Assembly (NCBI GenBank): GCA_963719495.1
Contig: CAVRCI010000003.1
Span: 32,001 to 96,000, forward strand
Origin: an uncultured Verrucomicrobiae bacterium
GTDB lineage: Bacteria > Verrucomicrobiota > Verrucomicrobiia > Chthoniobacterales > JAATET01
Reading direction: 5' to 3'
DNA: 64,000 nucleotides
The notes under the pieces are model-generated. The model searched no databases and was not told the DNA's origin. It saw nothing but the letters and a program-made list of their open reading frames with translations. Both the position numbers and the translations under genes were made by a program. Positions 1 through 8,699 of this stretch are shown in pieces. The number at the start of each line of letters is the position of its first letter. The first letter of the stretch is position 1.

Positions 1-510
1 CTGTGCCGTCTCGATGTCACCCTCCTTGATGGCCGCTTCCACCTCGACGAGCAGAATCGCGCCCGCCAGATCCTTGGGCGGTTCGGCGAGGGCTTTCAGT
101 TTTTCGAGAATCTCCCTGGCGGCACGCTGCCCCGGCCGATCCTCCAACAGCGTCCGAGCGTAGGCGACTCCCACCGGTGCGATCTGCGCCGGAGCAAACG
201 CAAGAAATGGCTCCAGCGTCCGCCAAGTCTTCCGCAAACCGTCCAAGCCAGACTGCGCGGGCGCCGCGAGCACCTCGGCCGAATCAGCCGGAAGCGCGAA
301 CTCGATCCCGGCGACCTTGTCCGGAGAATAGGTCGTGGCGACCTCCCCGTATTGCGACGCCTCCACGACCCGCAGCGATCCGGCCCCATCCACGCTGATC
401 CGGCCTTCCTTGGTCGAGCCATCGCTCAAAGTGACGGTCTCCGCCCGACCGCAGACGACCAAAGCCGCGCAGGCGGCGACGAGCACGAATTGCAAGGTCG
501 GCCTACGCAT
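1..510 (-). CDS. Secreted partner protein of the TPR operon (runs off the window edge); paralog of 61776..62702
   Basis: Not in the ORF track. ATG at 510 overlaps the TPR gene end and the frame stays open to base 1: MRRPTLQFVLVAACAALVVCGRAETVTLSDGSTKEGRI...SQYGEV...W..LEPFL...VGVAYARTLLE, which matches motifs in 61776..62702. Confidence 0.85.
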   Translation of the reverse strand, partial: MRRPTLQFVLVAACAALVVCGRAETVTLSDGSTKEGRISVDGAGSLRVVEASQYGEVATTYSPDKVAGIEFALPADSAEVLAAPAQSGLDGLRKTWRTLEPFLAFAPAQIAPVGVAYARTLLEDRPGQRAAREILEKLKALAEPPKDLAGAILLVEVEAAIKEGDIETAQ

Positions 511-3289
511 CGGGAGCCTCCTTGTCGGCGGTCGCGGGTGGGGCGGGCAACTGTTCGAGCCGCTTGCGGGCAAGCGCGTATTCAGGCGTGGCGGCGAGAT
601 CGGAGTTGTCGGTGAGTTCCTTGTAGGTGCGCCACGCCTCGTCCTTCATTTCCAGCTCTTCAAACGCCTGGCCGCTCTCCCAGTAGCTCTGCGCGACGAA
701 TTCCGGCATGCCGCCGTAGAGGATGTAGATGCGCTGGAAGTAGGCGATCGCCTTTTTCGGTTCTCCGACGGCGCGGTAGAGCTTGCCGATGCGGTAGATC
801 GTCTCGGCCTTGAGCTTGCCCTTCGTCGACGGCAGATTGATCAATTCTTCCAGCGCGGCGAGCGCCTGCTCCCGTTCGCCGCGCTCCTCGTAGATGTCCG
901 CGGTTGCGAGCAGAATCCGGGGAGTCAGTGGCGAGCTGGCCGCGACTTTCCGGAAAGTTTCGAAATACTCCAGCGCCCGCTTGTCGTCCCCGTCGGCCCG
1001 GGCGAGAAACCCGAGACCCGCGTAGGCCCGGTCTTTACTCAACGAGAGAGGGTAATACCGGAGCAGGGTGCGGTAGAATTCCGTCGCCTTCTCCGGCTCG
1101 CCCGCGTCCCGTAGGGCGTCGGCGACGTCCGCGAGAACCGGGACGCTCAGGTCCGTGGGGGCGGTATCGGCCGCCGTGTCCAGCAGCAGAGTCCCCGCCT
1201 TCGCGGGATTGGCGGTCCGCAGCATTTGCGCCCGCACCCAGCGGGTCCGGCTGGCGAGGGTGGCCTGCTTTTTGCGGGATGCGTTCGTCGTCAGGCCGTC
1301 CAGCCGGGTAACGAAGTCTTCCTGCTCCTCCCCGGGATACAGGCGGGAGAGATTCATGAGCATGTCTTCGACGGCACCCGCTTCGGGGTCGTTGCCGTAT
1401 TTCTCGACGGCCTCCCAGTAGAGTTTTCGCGCCTCGTCGGGCTGATCGTGCGTGCGGTAGTAGCCCGCGAGTTCGTTGAGCGCCTCGGAGATCCGGGAGC
1501 TGTTGGGACGTTCTTCGACGAATTTCCGGAAATGCGCCGTGAACGTGTCCCATTCCTCCAGGGACTCGTGGATTTTCCCGGCGCGGAACCACGCGTAATC
1601 GTAGAGCCGCTCGTTCGCCAGGGTCACCTGGGAATACACCTCGAGCGCCGATTCCCAATCCCCAAGCGCCAGCCGGGCGTCGCCCAGCAGCGCCAGCGCG
1701 TCGTTGTCGAGCCCGGACCCCGGGTGGGCCTCGAGAAACTCCCGCAACTCCTCGCCCGCGGGTTCAAATTGCTTCTGATTGAACAGGGTCTGCGCCATGC
1801 GGAACTCACTGTCCACGGAATGCGAGCCTTCGGGATATTGCTCGAGGTAGGAGGCGTGCGCCTCGCGGGCAGCCGGATAATCGCCATCGTAAAGCTTGGA
1901 CATCGCGAGCCAATACGCCGAATCGTCCCGGTGCGGGCTCTCCGGGAACGTCTCGGGGTGCGATTCGAGCAGCTCCGCGGCGGCGACGTTCTGATCGGCG
2001 AGGAGCAGGGCGTAGGCCGCCATGAAGTGGGCGCGCGCGGCGTAGGTCGATTTTGGAAATTCCTCCGCCACGCGCAGGAACGCGTCGCTGGCCGGCTCGG
2101 GACGTTTGAGCCGGAGCAGCGCCTCGGCCTTGAGGTAGGCGACGTCCGCACCTTGCTCGGAAGTCGGGTGGCGCTCGAGGAAGGCGTCCGCCGCGTCGAC
2201 CGCTTCCGGCCAACTCTCGGTGCGCGAGAGCGCGATCAACAATTGATAATTCGCCCGCTCCAGCAACTCGCTCTCGGGCAGAGTCCCGAGCATTTCCCGG
2301 TAGACCAGCGCCGCTTCGCGAAACCGATCCAAGTCGAAAAATCCTCCCGCGATCCGAAGCTGGAGCGCGCTGTCGAAATTCTCGATCTTTTCGAAGTCCG
2401 CCAATTCCTTCTCCGCTTGCTTGATCGCCTGCTGCATGGAAGCCGCGACGGCGGCCAGCCGGGGATCCTCGGGCACTTTCTCCTTCACCCCGGCGATCAC
2501 CTCCATCGTCCGCGCAATGATGCGTTCGCGCGGCCAGATCCGCTGGAGGACGAGGATGCCCTCGCGTTTCGACCCCTGCCCGAGCAACTTGTCGCCGAGC
2601 TGGAGCGCGGCGAGTTCGAAGCCCGCCAACGAGAGATTATCCGGCATGGCGGGCTCGTATTGCCGGACGAGTTCGGCGGCCCGTTCGAATTGCTCCGACT
2701 CGACGAGGCTCGCGAGGAGCATCTTGAAGGCCTGCGCTTTCTTGTCCCCGGTCAGCTTGTCCTTGTATTCGTCGAGGACCTCGGTGCCGTCAGCGGCCTG
2801 TCCCGCGCGCATCAAGGAAACCGCCATGAAGATGGCCGCCTGCTGCGCGTTGCCCGAGGTCGGGAAGACTTTGATGAACTCTTTGAACGCCGCGCTGGCG
2901 GCTTCGTTCTGCCCGCTTTGCATCAACCCGATGCCGAGGAAAAACGCCACGTCGTCGCGATTCGGGGCACTCGGGAATCTCGACAAATATTGCTTGGCGG
3001 CCTCAGCCACGCCGGACCAGTTCGCCGTCTTCGCGTTCGCGGTGACGAGCATCAAGTAAGCGCGATCCAGATTCGTCGGCTCCTGGCCGGTCTCGTCCAT
3101 CTGACGCAACGCGCTCGCCAAACGCTCGAGGGCCAGCGGGAAGTTCTGCTGATTGTAGGCCTCGACCCCGGCGTCGAACTCCGCTTCGACCGTGTAATAG
3201 ACTTCGGCTTCTTGCGCCGATAGCGCGTGAACGCTCACGCAGAGGGCAAGAATCCAGCCTAGGAATCGCTTGGAGTTCGGGGGAATCAA
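503..3289 (-). CDS. Large periplasmic tetratricopeptide-repeat protein (BamD/YbgF-like repeats)
   Basis: 928-aa ORF with a signal peptide and many F/Y..P.S...A.Y/F TPR units; paralog of 58891..61779. Confidence 0.9.
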   Translation of the reverse strand: MIPPNSKRFLGWILALCVSVHALSAQEAEVYYTVEAEFDAGVEAYNQQNFPLALERLASALRQMDETGQEPTNLDRAYLMLVTANAKTANWSGVAEAAKQYLSRFPSAPNRDDVAFFLGIGLMQSGQNEAASAAFKEFIKVFPTSGNAQQAAIFMAVSLMRAGQAADGTEVLDEYKDKLTGDKKAQAFKMLLASLVESEQFERAAELVRQYEPAMPDNLSLAGFELAALQLGDKLLGQGSKREGILVLQRIWPRERIIARTMEVIAGVKEKVPEDPRLAAVAASMQQAIKQAEKELADFEKIENFDSALQLRIAGGFFDLDRFREAALVYREMLGTLPESELLERANYQLLIALSRTESWPEAVDAADAFLERHPTSEQGADVAYLKAEALLRLKRPEPASDAFLRVAEEFPKSTYAARAHFMAAYALLLADQNVAAAELLESHPETFPESPHRDDSAYWLAMSKLYDGDYPAAREAHASYLEQYPEGSHSVDSEFRMAQTLFNQKQFEPAGEELREFLEAHPGSGLDNDALALLGDARLALGDWESALEVYSQVTLANERLYDYAWFRAGKIHESLEEWDTFTAHFRKFVEERPNSSRISEALNELAGYYRTHDQPDEARKLYWEAVEKYGNDPEAGAVEDMLMNLSRLYPGEEQEDFVTRLDGLTTNASRKKQATLASRTRWVRAQMLRTANPAKAGTLLLDTAADTAPTDLSVPVLADVADALRDAGEPEKATEFYRTLLRYYPLSLSKDRAYAGLGFLARADGDDKRALEYFETFRKVAASSPLTPRILLATADIYEERGEREQALAALEELINLPSTKGKLKAETIYRIGKLYRAVGEPKKAIAYFQRIYILYGGMPEFVAQSYWESGQAFEELEMKDEAWRTYKELTDNSDLAATPEYALARKRLEQLPAPPATADKEAPDA

Positions 3290-3343
3290 GTTGGATGACC
3301 CTAGCAGAGTTTACCGGTCGACGCACTTGGGAAGTCAGGCATT

Positions 3344-3355
3344 TCTACGCGTAAA
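3344..3355. promoter_or_regulatory. Palindromic regulator site TCTACGCGTAAA upstream of the left TPR operon
   Basis: Matches the 12-bp consensus; extended -10 TGcTAGGGT at 3306-3298 on the minus strand. Confidence 0.8.
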
Positions 3356-3379
3356 CAGCTGGCCGGTCCGTCGGGCGGA

Positions 3380-4576
3380 TCAGCCCGGGATCCAGAACGT
3401 TTCCTGCGTTCTCAGCGGGCGGGGCTCCCCGGCGACCTGGAGCGTAATGGTGGCGGCGGGAGAGTCGGGCAGCGGGTCGGACAATCCGCGGAGGAACAGA
3501 CGTTCGCCGCACTGCTCGAACTCGACCGGTTCGCCGGTCGCCTGCCAGCGGGCGCTCAACACTTCGTTGCCGATCTCGGCGAGGCAAAATTCGTCACCCG
3601 GGCAGCGGATCAGATGCACGAAAACCTGCCGACCCTTCGTGGTGATCAGCGCGCTGTTGTTCCACGAGAACGGCGAGCGATCCGAATCCGCCAGAATGTC
3701 GTGATGCCGCCGGACCCAGCGCCCGGCCTCTTCGATGATGCGGACACTTGCCTCCGGGATGCGTCCGTCGCCGCGCGGCCCGACGTTGAGCAGCAAATTC
3801 CCGGCGCTGCCCGCGGTGGTGAGAAGCATTCGGACGACGTCGGCGGGCGTCTTCCAGTTCGTGTCGCCGACGTGCCAGCCCCAGTTATCGTTCAGCGTCA
3901 TGCACGCCTCCCACGGGCCCTGCTTCGCGCTGAGCGACTGCTCGGAGCAGCGAAAATCGAACGGCTCACCGTTGCGTTCGTTGATCAGGATGCCGGGCTG
4001 GAGTTCCTTCGCCAGCCGGTTGGTGTCGCCCCCGTCGCGGAGGGCCGGAATCCCGCCGTCGTACCAGAGAACGTCGATCCGGCCGTAGTTCGTCATGAGC
4101 TCGCGCATCTGCGCCTGCACAAACGAGGCAAAGCCCCGCCGCGCGTCCTCCGAAGCCCACTCATCCGTCCAGTCCCTCGCGTAGGGCGTCGGATAGTCGG
4201 CGTGAAACCAATCCGCGACGGAGTAGTAAAATCCCACGCGCAGCCCCTCGGCCCGCACCGCCTCGACAAACGGTCGCAGCAGGTCGCGACATGCGCCGAT
4301 CTTCGCCGACTGAAAATCCGTCGTCGCCGTGTCCCAGAGACAAAACCCATCGTGATGCCGCGTCGTGAGAACGACGTATTTCATACCGCCCCGCTTCGCC
4401 AAGCGCGCCCATTCAGCAGGATCGTAATTCTCCGCGGTGAACGCCGCGGCGTAACGGTCCCGGTATTCCTCGAAGGGAATGCACTCGCGATTGGCGACCC
4501 ATTCACCCCGCCCGGCAACCGAGTAGGGCCCCCAATGCACAAAAAGACCGTAGCGCGCCGCCGAGAACCATTCCAT
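3380..4576 (-). CDS. Alpha-L-fucosidase (GH29), no signal peptide
   Basis: WF...YGLFVHWG, YVVLTTRHHDGFCLW, LWYDG, WEACMT and GNLLLNVGP motifs. Confidence 0.93.
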   Translation of the reverse strand: MEWFSAARYGLFVHWGPYSVAGRGEWVANRECIPFEEYRDRYAAAFTAENYDPAEWARLAKRGGMKYVVLTTRHHDGFCLWDTATTDFQSAKIGACRDLLRPFVEAVRAEGLRVGFYYSVADWFHADYPTPYARDWTDEWASEDARRGFASFVQAQMRELMTNYGRIDVLWYDGGIPALRDGGDTNRLAKELQPGILINERNGEPFDFRCSEQSLSAKQGPWEACMTLNDNWGWHVGDTNWKTPADVVRMLLTTAGSAGNLLLNVGPRGDGRIPEASVRIIEEAGRWVRRHHDILADSDRSPFSWNNSALITTKGRQVFVHLIRCPGDEFCLAEIGNEVLSARWQATGEPVEFEQCGERLFLRGLSDPLPDSPAATITLQVAGEPRPLRTQETFWIPG

Positions 4577-4631
4577 GCGCCAGACCTAGCAAAGTCGGCG
4601 GCTTCGACCAGCGTGGAGACGATTGGAAGCG

Positions 4632-4643
4632 TTTACGCGTAAA
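4632..4643. promoter_or_regulatory. Perfect palindrome TTTACGCGTAAA upstream of the GH29 gene
   Basis: Exact palindrome 56 bp upstream of ATG 4576. Confidence 0.85.
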
Positions 4644-4760
4644 TTTCTCCAAGGCGTTTCATCGACCGCGCCCCACGGCTTCCGCCTCGTCGTTCATCTG
4701 TTGAGCCCATCTTTGTTCTTCGGGAATTTCCAGCCGAGCCGAGCGGTATTCCAAACCACT

Positions 4761-5693
4761 CTAGATCTCCGGGCGCAAAATCTCGTTATCTGCATATCGC
4801 GGATCCTTCAACAGAGACTGCAGGCATTCCTCCGCTCGCGGCGAAGGATGGCAGGAAATCGCGGTAAGCGCCTCACTTTGGGCCGTATCCAAAGACTCGA
4901 ACGGACCGCCCTCCGGTCTGTCCATCAGTCGACTAATTGCGCTCGGCATCGATCGACCATCCCAATAGTCGAAGGACGCTCGCTCGATGAGAAAATCCAA
5001 AGATTCTGGAGTGCCCTGCCAAGACGCGACGCGATACGCGAAACTTTGGTTGTTCATCCGGTTCCGATCAGCCGGTCCGCTCGCTCGTTCGAAAGACTCA
5101 ATCATTTCCACCAAACGAGGGAGATCATCTGGATTCTACCTCCCCGCCGCGATGGCACCAATCGCAATGAACGCCGAATGCATTAAACGTGGACTCAACG
5201 CATCCGGTTGCTGAACGATGGCGAGCAATGCGGAAAGCGTGGTTTCGTCCGAGGCTAATATGTAGTAAGCTGGATGCTGTCTTCTGCAACGGCGAGAGGT
5301 ATCTCCTGTTTCAGATATTTCAGAATCCACGGAATGACTTCCGAAGAATGGCGGGTGTTCTCGAAATATGCCAGAGGCTGAATTCAAAATGATGATTTTT
5401 CATTTCCGGTCACATCCGTGCCGGGAGGTTCCGTGCATGGCGGTTCGCCGACGTCGCTCCCCACCACTAAGTGATACGCGGTGCAGATGTGGGTCAGCGC
5501 CAAATGGCACTGCTTTGAGCGGATTTTCGGGAAAACGGTCGTGAGACATCTGCTGGTTGGGCTCGAGCCCAGGCTAATATCATTTGATCCTACCGGGCAG
5601 CGGCGAGCGTTGTGCATAAAACGAGAACGGTCGACGATCTGCTTAAAGCAGTGCCATTCGGGTCAGGAGGAGGGAAAGAAGCGGGATTCGCAT
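4761..5693 (-). pseudogene. Decayed gene for a secreted helical protein, broken by a MITE, a frameshift and an in-frame TAG
   Basis: Removing 5499-5662 plus one TSD copy restores MRIPLLSLLLTHICTAY...; ORFs 5136..5387 and 4761..5114 are in the same frame, separated by a single TAG; visibly lower GC. Confidence 0.6.
5499..5662. mobile_element. MITE family 1, copy 1
   Basis: TIRs AATGGCACTGCTTTGAGC (5503-5520) and GCTTAAAGCAGTGCCATT (5641-5658); flanks TCAGC/TCAGG. Confidence 0.75.
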
Positions 5694-5848
5694 CACGTAT
5701 CCCGTTTTTATCGGGAGCGTCATGGCTCGGATAGTTTTCGATGTGTTTGCGCGTATCGTGACTCGCCGAGAAGGTCGGTTACGACGATTCAATGATCGGC
5801 GCGAAAGGGATCGGGGAGACGAAGGTCGGTCGGAAACGTCCCGCAGAA

Positions 5849-5860
5849 TTTACGCGTAAA
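5849..5860. promoter_or_regulatory. Perfect palindrome TTTACGCGTAAA upstream of the ABC operon
   Basis: Exact palindrome; -10-like TAACCT at 5904-5909. Confidence 0.85.
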
Positions 5861-5923
5861 AGCAGCGCAGGCACCGAGGGAATGGCTTCTCCTCCCTGGT
5901 CTGGTAACCTGCCCGTTTCCCCG

Positions 5924-8698
5924 ATGCCACGCCCACAGATTCGCCCTCGATTCCCGCTTCTCCACTGCCTGATCGCGGCGGCGATGCTCGTGGTGCCGGG
6001 CCTCACGGGAACCCGAGCGGCTGAATCCGACGGCGCGAATCGAGCGGACGAGGACAAAGCGACCATTCGCGTCACCGGCTACACGCCGTGGGCTTGGAAC
6101 GCCCTCACCCGCGCCCGGCGCTCGGCCCTTCAGGATTGGCTGGCCACCGAGCGCGATCCGGTGACGGGCGAACTCTGGGGCGACCTCATCAAGCTCGCGC
6201 CCGACAACCAGCTCAGCTTCCCGGGATTCAGCCTCAAGCTCCTCAACTTTGCCGCCGGCACGGGCGAGGAGGTCATCACGACGCCGGACGTCGGCGTGCA
6301 GGATTTTTTTCGCTACCGCGACCAGCGGTTCCTCCTGCCACTCAATCCCTTCATCTGGGAGATCCGCGCGGACGAGGCCGGCAAGCCGCTGCGGGCAAAG
6401 GACGGGAGCTGGGACTACGTCCTCGATGCCCGCGGCGAACGCGTGGTGGTCTGGCCCGACTGGGAAAAGGTCCCCGCGGCCTTCCGGGACATCGTCACGA
6501 ACGACGGCGACGTCTTCGGCCTCCCGATCCAGCGCACGGGGGTGGGACTCATGTATCGACGCGACATGTTCGAGCGGGCCGGGCTCGACCCCGATGCTCC
6601 GCCGCGTGATTGGGATGAGCTGTTCGACGTGGCCCTGCGTATCTCCGCGACTGGCGAAGGAGAGTCTCGCCGGTATGGCCTCATGTTGGCCGGCGATTTC
6701 GTGGAACTTCACACCCTCGGCGGCGGCGGAGAGAGCGCCCGGGTCGAGGAATACCCGGACGGCGCGACTCGCTGGGTCGCGGACTTCGCCTCGCCCGAAC
6801 GCCTCGCCGCGCTGCGCTTCGTCCGCCGTTGCACGCTCACGAAATGGATCGTGACGCCGGACGGCACGCCGCTGATCGTCTGGGAGCCGGATCGCGAGAC
6901 GCAGCCAGTGGTCGAGCATCCTTCCCTCGGAATCGGTCGTTGGGAGGGTGAACCCGGTCGCTCTGGAAGCCAGATCATTTTCCCCGACGCGGCCTACGGA
7001 CCCGCCCAGATCCGCACCGGCGTCGCCTTTAATCAATTGGGCGGATACGGCGTCGGCAACGACGACAAGTGGTACAACCTCTTCGCCGAACCGGAGGGCC
7101 GGCTGGCGATGAGCGTGCAGACGCCGGCGGCCATGATTCAGCAGCTGCAGGCCCTCGACCCCACGCAGGTCGGGTTCGGTCCAATCCCCCGCGGAAAGGC
7201 GGGTGCATTCATCCGCGCCGAGGGGCAGATCGGATCGCTGAACTACGTGCTGGCCGACAATCCCGAGCGGGCCCGGCTGTCCTGGGCCGTGCTCAGTTTC
7301 CTGGCCAGTCGCACTTACGAACGCCTCGCGGTCCATTCCTACGTGCGGGAGGGAGAAGGCGTGGCCGACACCCTCGACCCACGGCTACTCGTCGAGGAAG
7401 GTTACGAGACCATCACCGAGCAGATGTCGCCTTCCATGAAGGCCTATTGGGAGGGACTCGAGTCGTCGACGAAAGCGCCCATAGTGGCGCGGAATTTCCA
7501 GACCTTGTCCGACCAATACCTCCAGCCGATCTACCGGCGCGCGTCGCTGGAGCCAGACTACGACTACCTCACGGCCATCACCGGGGCGGAGGAGCAAGTG
7601 CAGAAGCGGCTGGATTTCCAGATGGGCGATTATCAGCGCGTCGAGGGGCGGGGCTGGATCATCACGGCGATCGTCGTCATTTTCGGCGCCGTCATCATTT
7701 TCAGCTGGGTCGCGTTCCGCTCGCTCTCCCAGCGCTACGACACTTCCAGTCAACGACCCGCGAAACGAAGCCGCGCGGACCGACGCCGAGCCCTCACGGC
7801 CTACTCCCTGCTGGCTCCGGGGATGATCCTCATCCTGGTCTTCAGCTACTACCCGATCCTCATTTCGCTGCCAATCGCGTTCCAGGATTACTACGTGGTC
7901 GGTGAAAGCGAGTGGATCGGTATCGCCAACTTCGTCGAGGTCTTCAGCAATCCGGTGACGTGGATCTCGCTCGCAAAAGCATTCTATTACCTGGGGCTCA
8001 CGGCCGCGGTCGGCTTCCTGGCCCCGGTGGTGCTCGCAATTCTGTTGAGCGAAACGTTCTCCATGCGCTACCTGCTGCGCACCATCTACTACCTGCCCGC
8101 CGTGGTCGCCGGGATTGTCATGCTGCTCATGTGGCGCCGGTTCTTCGAAGCGACCCCGGAAGGAATGGTCAACCGGCTCGTCATGCCGCTGATGGAACTC
8201 TGGAACAAAGTCGCGCCCGGCATCCGGTGGGACATCGCCGTCGAGCCCGTCGATTGGCTGCATCACCCGATCCTGGGCATTCCCAGCATCGTCTTCGTCG
8301 GCATCTGGGGCGGGATGGGACCCGGGATGCTGATTTATCTCGCGGCGCTCAAGAGCGTGCCGGAGGAACTCTACGAAGCGGCGGAACTCGATGGGGCCGG
8401 CTGGTGGGCGCGCTTCAGCCAGATTACCCTCTCTTATCTCCGTCCGCTTCTCGTGATCAACTTTGTCGGAGCGGTCATCGGAGCCTTCCAAGCTTCGGGA
8501 AACATTCTGGCGCTCTCCGGGAATTTCCCGGCGACCTACACCTTCGCGGTGCACATTTGGTTCGAGGCCTTCGGGCTCGGGCAATTCGGTGTCGGCACGG
8601 CTCTTTCGTGGGTGATGGCCAGTCTGCTGGTCGGCTTCACCGTCTGGCAGCTCCGGATCCTTCGCGACGTCGAATTCAAAAAAGCGGGAGCAGACTGA
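5924..8698 (+). CDS. Carbohydrate ABC transporter: substrate-binding protein fused to a MalF-like permease
   Basis: Signal peptide from ATG 5924; SBP motif LMYRRDMFERAGLDP...P.DWDEL; C-terminal TMs with the EAA loop ELYEAAELDGA. Confidence 0.9.
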   Translation: MPRPQIRPRFPLLHCLIAAAMLVVPGLTGTRAAESDGANRADEDKATIRVTGYTPWAWNALTRARRSALQDWLATERDPVTGELWGDLIKLAPDNQLSFPGFSLKLLNFAAGTGEEVITTPDVGVQDFFRYRDQRFLLPLNPFIWEIRADEAGKPLRAKDGSWDYVLDARGERVVVWPDWEKVPAAFRDIVTNDGDVFGLPIQRTGVGLMYRRDMFERAGLDPDAPPRDWDELFDVALRISATGEGESRRYGLMLAGDFVELHTLGGGGESARVEEYPDGATRWVADFASPERLAALRFVRRCTLTKWIVTPDGTPLIVWEPDRETQPVVEHPSLGIGRWEGEPGRSGSQIIFPDAAYGPAQIRTGVAFNQLGGYGVGNDDKWYNLFAEPEGRLAMSVQTPAAMIQQLQALDPTQVGFGPIPRGKAGAFIRAEGQIGSLNYVLADNPERARLSWAVLSFLASRTYERLAVHSYVREGEGVADTLDPRLLVEEGYETITEQMSPSMKAYWEGLESSTKAPIVARNFQTLSDQYLQPIYRRASLEPDYDYLTAITGAEEQVQKRLDFQMGDYQRVEGRGWIITAIVVIFGAVIIFSWVAFRSLSQRYDTSSQRPAKRSRADRRRALTAYSLLAPGMILILVFSYYPILISLPIAFQDYYVVGESEWIGIANFVEVFSNPVTWISLAKAFYYLGLTAAVGFLAPVVLAILLSETFSMRYLLRTIYYLPAVVAGIVMLLMWRRFFEATPEGMVNRLVMPLMELWNKVAPGIRWDIAVEPVDWLHHPILGIPSIVFVGIWGGMGPGMLIYLAALKSVPEELYEAAELDGAGWWARFSQITLSYLRPLLVINFVGAVIGAFQASGNILALSGNFPATYTFAVHIWFEAFGLGQFGVGTALSWVMASLLVGFTVWQLRILRDVEFKKAGAD

Positions 8699-8699
8699 C

